From IMG/VR virus record IMGVR_UViG_3300046804_004848, positions 64,001 through 128,000 of that record: 64,000 bases of DNA, one strand, 5' to 3'. Within the stretch, counting starts at the first letter, position 1. The number at the start of each line of letters is the position of its first letter. Below the pieces are notes generated by a model, which saw only the letters and a list, made by a program, of their open reading frames with translations, was not told the DNA's origin and made no database searches. The stretch comes from a virus. Position numbers and translations under genes: made by a program. Below, piece after piece: positions 60,457-64,000 of this stretch.

Positions 60457-61374
60457 TTAGCCACCAAAAGGAACAAATTCTACACCTGTAGTTTGTAAAC
60501 CAACTAAATCAATTTGTGCTAATAACTCAGGGCGACTTGCGGCAACCATAAGTACATCAGCTTGTGAGTAACCATACTTTTCAATTGCATCAACTACTAC
60601 AGCGATTTCATCATACGTACCATCACGATTGAATACATTTTTCCATACATGTTTTGCAAAAGTTGCATTAGATGTGCTACCTGCGTCTGCTTTGTATTGG
60701 TCACTTGTTAAAATTTTGGCTGCAATTTCTTTCATGCTCCAACCAAGTGTTTCATCTAAATAGATTCCCGCACCAATAAGTTCAGGTGTTACATCATTTT
60801 TACCTAAAGCAGCAGCTAAAAGTGATATAATTTTACCCAAATCTGTATCAACTGTATCAAATGCAAGATGTTTGTCATCAAACTGTACTCGTTCATGATC
60901 ATCTAACACAAACGTTAAATTGCTTACAAGATGACTTGTAGCAATGATATCATGATTTGTATATGCTAGAGAATAATCAGAACTTTTGCCATTGATTTTA
61001 TAACTATCAATACCTGTAGAACCTTCTACATTAATATTAACATCAATTACACCATCACCAACACGACCATTACCTACCGTACCAAATGTAGCAACTTTAC
61101 CACCAATTCCTACTGTACCAACAGTAACAATAAGATTATTAGTTGGTGCAACTCCACCAAGCGAAGTCCCAGGAATCGTTATCGTATCCCCTGCTTGATA
61201 CCCTGCTCCACTACTTGCAACTGCTGCATCTAATGTAACAGTGTATTTTCCATTGGTTTTGACTACATCAAACTTTGCTCCAAGATCGGTTCCCCCTGTT
61301 AATCCTGTAACATTATCATAGGTAGCATTAATTGGATTATCTGTAATTGTAATTGTTGTTGTGCCTTTAGCCAT
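60457..61374 (-). CDS. surface-layer-like protein with DUF4214-like C-terminus
   Basis: G/T/V-rich beta N-terminus; ERVQFDDKHLAFD; SNATF..HVWKNVFNR. Confidence 0.6.
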   Translation of the reverse strand: MAKGTTTITITDNPINATYDNVTGLTGGTDLGAKFDVVKTNGKYTVTLDAAVASSGAGYQAGDTITIPGTSLGGVAPTNNLIVTVGTVGIGGKVATFGTVGNGRVGDGVIDVNINVEGSTGIDSYKINGKSSDYSLAYTNHDIIATSHLVSNLTFVLDDHERVQFDDKHLAFDTVDTDLGKIISLLAAALGKNDVTPELIGAGIYLDETLGWSMKEIAAKILTSDQYKADAGSTSNATFAKHVWKNVFNRDGTYDEIAVVVDAIEKYGYSQADVLMVAASRPELLAQIDLVGLQTTGVEFVPFGG

Positions 61375-61427
61375 GCGTGTGTCCTTTAAAGTTAAACAAG
61401 TATTTAGCCTTAATTAAGTTAATATGC

Positions 61428-61454
61428 AAAAAATAGGGGCACGAATGCCCCTAT
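61428..61454 (-). terminator. Rho-independent terminator after the tmRNA coding piece
   Basis: ATAGGGGCATTCGTGCCCCTAT followed by a T run. Confidence 0.85.
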
Positions 61455-61617
61455 TGGTGGGTTTGGTTACAAGGTCTTTCCTACCTCGCTATTAGGCGTT
61501 TGCTGCTAATAGATATGTATCGTCGTTTGCAGATACTTATTTTGCTAGAATTACGTTCTTCGCCTATCGTGTTGTCCATATCCGTACTTGTTACCCCGTC
61601 GAAACCAAGTCTAGCCC
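61455..61617 (-). ncRNA. ssrA: permuted tmRNA, coding piece (5' acceptor strand plus tag ANDDTYLLAANA)
   Basis: GGGCTAGACTTGGTTTCGACGGGG; resume codon GCA at 61530; tag frame ends TAA TAG; 3' end approximate. Confidence 0.9.
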
Positions 61618-61626
61618 ATCATAAGT

Positions 61627-61878
61627 TTACTTTATGTATCTGTTAATAAGTTTAATACCTGCATACGTTCCTAACACAGTAAACATCATTTTGAATACTG
61701 TCATCCAATCTGTAGCATTACTTAGCGTTATCTTAAGAGGACCTGCTTCTATAGAATCCGTTGTTTTAGGTAAAATAAACCATTGTGCATAATAAACAAC
61801 AAGATCCCAGGAATACTGTAACACAAAATATGCAGCTATAGATATTAAAATGCCTGTAAATAACCCTTTACGATACAT
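61627..61878 (-). CDS. two-TM membrane protein inside the tmRNA intervening segment
   Basis: 83 aa; AAGGTG RBS right after the tmRNA CCA; two hydrophobic helices. Confidence 0.7.
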   Translation of the reverse strand: MYRKGLFTGILISIAAYFVLQYSWDLVVYYAQWFILPKTTDSIEAGPLKITLSNATDWMTVFKMMFTVLGTYAGIKLINRYIK

Positions 61879-61890
61879 TAAATCACCTTA

Positions 61891-61954
61891 TGGTGGACTA
61901 GGGGGGATTTGAACCCCCGTCCGCAGCACTTTTCCATCAACTTCATACAACAAT
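61891..61954 (-). ncRNA. ssrA: permuted tmRNA, acceptor piece (T arm plus CCA)
   Basis: GGACGGGGGTTCAAATCCCCCCTAGTCCACCA; CTAGTCC pairs with GGGCTAG giving G3.U70; TAAATA at 61960-61965; 5' end inferred. Confidence 0.9.
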
Positions 61955-61962
61955 ACTACTAT

Positions 61963-63087
61963 TTATTTACCGCTTGGAATCTTACCTTCTACACCTTCAA
62001 TGTAAAAATTAATCCTACCTTTCCATGCATCATCACCAACCACATCTTTTTCTAATACAATTTTACCTGTATTGTCTTTAAGTGGTCCTTTAAATACTTC
62101 AAATGTACCTGCTTTTAATCCTGCCTTAACTTCATCAACCTTTTTCTTGGCAGTATCGCTAACAACATCATTGATTTTAACTAAATCATTAGCACCTTCT
62201 TTGGTTCCCCATTTTGTATCAGAGGTTTTCCATGTACCATTTAGTACATCATTAACAGCTTTTTCGTAGTATGGTCCCCAATTTACAATGGCTGATCCAA
62301 GATGTGCCTTAGGAGCAAATGCGCTCATGTCACTATCCCAACCAAAAGCAAACTTACCATTTTTCTCAGCAGTAAGCAATACCGCAGTTGAATCTGTATT
62401 TTGTAACAATACATCTGCTTTTTGATTGATCAAAGCTTGTGCTGCTTCACCTTCTTTAGGTGGATCAAACCATGTATTCACCCAAACAACCTTAGTAGTA
62501 ACCTTAGGATTGACACTTCTTGCACCCAATGTAAAAGCATTAATATTACGTAATACTTCAGGAATAGGGAAACTTGCTACAAATCCTAGTGTATTAGTTT
62601 TTGTCATACTACCTGCAACAATACCTGCCATGTAAGCATCTTCATAAAATTTTGCTTCATATACACGTAGATTTTCTGCTGTCTTATAACCTGTAGCATG
62701 TTCAAACTTAACATCAGGATGATCTTTAGCTACTTTTTCCATAGCATCACCAAAACCAAATGATGTAGCAAAAATAAGTTTATTACCTTGGCTAACTAAA
62801 TCACGAATAACACGTTCAGCATCAGCACCTTCAGGTACTTTCTCCACAAAACTAGTTTTGATCTTATCACCGAATTTTTCTTCAATGTGCTTACGACCAT
62901 TATCATGAGCAAATGTCCACCCCGCATCGCCAACAGGTCCGACATAGATAAATCCTACCTTAAGAGGTTCTGTTGCTTTTGGTGCTTCAGCAGGTTTTGC
63001 TTCTTCTTTTTTTCCACAACTTGCTAGTGTAAAAGCAGTAATTGCAGCTAATGCAGTATGCATTAGTTTACGTTTAGTAAAAGTCAT
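61963..63087 (-). CDS. BMP-family ABC transporter substrate-binding lipoprotein
   Basis: lipobox LASC, GFIYVGPVGDAGWT.AH..GR, ATSFG, INAFTLGA, WFDP. Confidence 0.92.
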   Translation of the reverse strand: MTFTKRKLMHTALAAITAFTLASCGKKEEAKPAEAPKATEPLKVGFIYVGPVGDAGWTFAHDNGRKHIEEKFGDKIKTSFVEKVPEGADAERVIRDLVSQGNKLIFATSFGFGDAMEKVAKDHPDVKFEHATGYKTAENLRVYEAKFYEDAYMAGIVAGSMTKTNTLGFVASFPIPEVLRNINAFTLGARSVNPKVTTKVVWVNTWFDPPKEGEAAQALINQKADVLLQNTDSTAVLLTAEKNGKFAFGWDSDMSAFAPKAHLGSAIVNWGPYYEKAVNDVLNGTWKTSDTKWGTKEGANDLVKINDVVSDTAKKKVDEVKAGLKAGTFEVFKGPLKDNTGKIVLEKDVVGDDAWKGRINFYIEGVEGKIPSGK

Positions 63088-63415
63088 ATATTTTTCCTTA
63101 AAATGGTAAAAATATTTACTCTACTAAAATACGTTATAGATATTTTTTAAGTTAAAATTATTGCTGCTATAAAAGCAACAATGATTATAAAAAACCATAC
63201 TGTTGTGGTTTTTCCGTCAGGGTCAACCATTATATTCCCTTAATTACACGTAATTTTTTAAGTAACTCTGCTGCTTCAACAACATGATTAATTTTTTCAT
63301 CGTTAGTTTCTTGTTTTTCTGATACATTTTCAGGTTTGTGCAATGCATCTTCAGGTGGATTACCAATACCAACTACTCTATCCCACTCACGCTGTGTATA
63401 ATTCATGTTGCGTCC

Positions 63416-63814
63416 TCAGTTAAATATTTGAGTAAATCTACGTCCACGATATTCAAAAGTAACAATTTCACCTGATTGTACTTGCATGGGTTGCTGACTA
63501 CAACGTGTTTGCATATCAACGGTAGTGTTGTCGTTTTGTCCACCTAACTGACTACCTATAACCGCACCTGCTGCAGTTGCAATATCTCTACCACTGCCAC
63601 CACCTATTTGATTTCCAATTGCAGCACCTGCTATTGCTCCAAGTACACTACCACCTTGTGACCTACGCTCTAGAGGAACCGTAGTACAAGTTTGTTGATA
63701 CACTGTGTTGAAACGTGGTTGTCGTGCAACAACCACCGCTACATCTTGATTGTAGCTTTGTGCGTAACTTGTACTACAACTTAAAATAGCTAGCGCAATT
63801 AATACTTTTTTCAT
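63416..63814 (-). CDS. glycine-zipper 2TM secreted protein
   Basis: GSVLGAIAGAAIGNQIGGGSGR..AT.AGAVIG. Confidence 0.85.
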   Translation of the reverse strand: MKKVLIALAILSCSTSYAQSYNQDVAVVVARQPRFNTVYQQTCTTVPLERRSQGGSVLGAIAGAAIGNQIGGGSGRDIATAAGAVIGSQLGGQNDNTTVDMQTRCSQQPMQVQSGEIVTFEYRGRRFTQIFN

Positions 63815-64000
63815 TGTTGATTACATGTACGTTCTTGTACAATTGTTCCATTTGGTTGTAATATTTCTTTCCATTCTGTGCAATGCACTACGGGTGATTG
63901 TGGTACTTGTTGCACAACAACGGGTTGATCTACAATATAGGGTCTAGTAATAGCATATGTTACTGCACCACCAATAATTGCAGGAGCAACCCAATGATGA
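63811..64000 (-). CDS. hypothetical protein (start outside the window)
   Basis: ...WVAPAIIGGAVTYAITRP...CTEWKEI...ERTC. Confidence 0.55.
   Translation of the reverse strand, partial: HHWVAPAIIGGAVTYAITRPYIVDQPVVVQQVPQSPVVHCTEWKEILQPNGTIVQERTCNQQ

Noticed and set aside
61891-61925. Standalone tRNA, or tRNA-derived attachment site
   Set aside because: No D arm or anticodon arm upstream; the matching 5' acceptor strand and tag frame lie downstream, so it is a permuted tmRNA. No integrase is nearby.
54767-63087. Host chromosomal contamination
   Set aside because: These genes share the AT content, CCAG avoidance and TAAATA promoters of the phage genes and are interleaved with them.
1-64000. CRISPR array
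   Set aside because: No regularly spaced identical repeats seen; the repeats found are coding or promoter-associated.
1-64000. Stop-codon reassignment
   Set aside because: Known genes (terminase, ligase, clpX, uvsX) are full length in the standard code and coding density is high.

Overview
64 kb of an AT-rich (roughly one-third GC by eye), gene-dense segment of a large T4-like (jumbo/huge) dsDNA phage, with most genes on the minus strand. Core phage markers are the terminase large subunit, gp32-type SSB, UvsX, UvsY, ATP-dependent DNA ligase, ThyX, a spanin pair, TAAATA late promoters and TTGACA-N17-TAnnnT early promoters. There are many host-derived genes: clpP, clpX, clpS, hsp20, guaC, iscU, rpsU, ahpC, ahpD, terC, dadA, a porin, a BMP lipoprotein, sugar-nucleotide enzymes and a truncated DnaE-like polymerase. 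The porin, BMP and AhpCD style suggests a betaproteobacterial host (inference). The most notable observations are: (1) a circularly permuted two-piece tmRNA whose 273-nt intervening segment carries a complete membrane-protein gene, and whose tag (ANDDTYLLAANA) ends non-canonically, in a genome that also encodes its own ClpX, ClpP and ClpS; (2) a set of unrelated proteins sharing a T4 capsid-targeting-like N-terminus, plus E-delimited modular proteins, which look like injected cargo; (3) near-absence of CCAG/CTGG except inside CCWGG, with exceptions marking recently acquired DNA; (4) TAAATA-N5-ATG leaderless late genes; (5) a ROSE-like RNA thermometer upstream of hsp20. All calls come from reading motifs by eye; no database searches were run.
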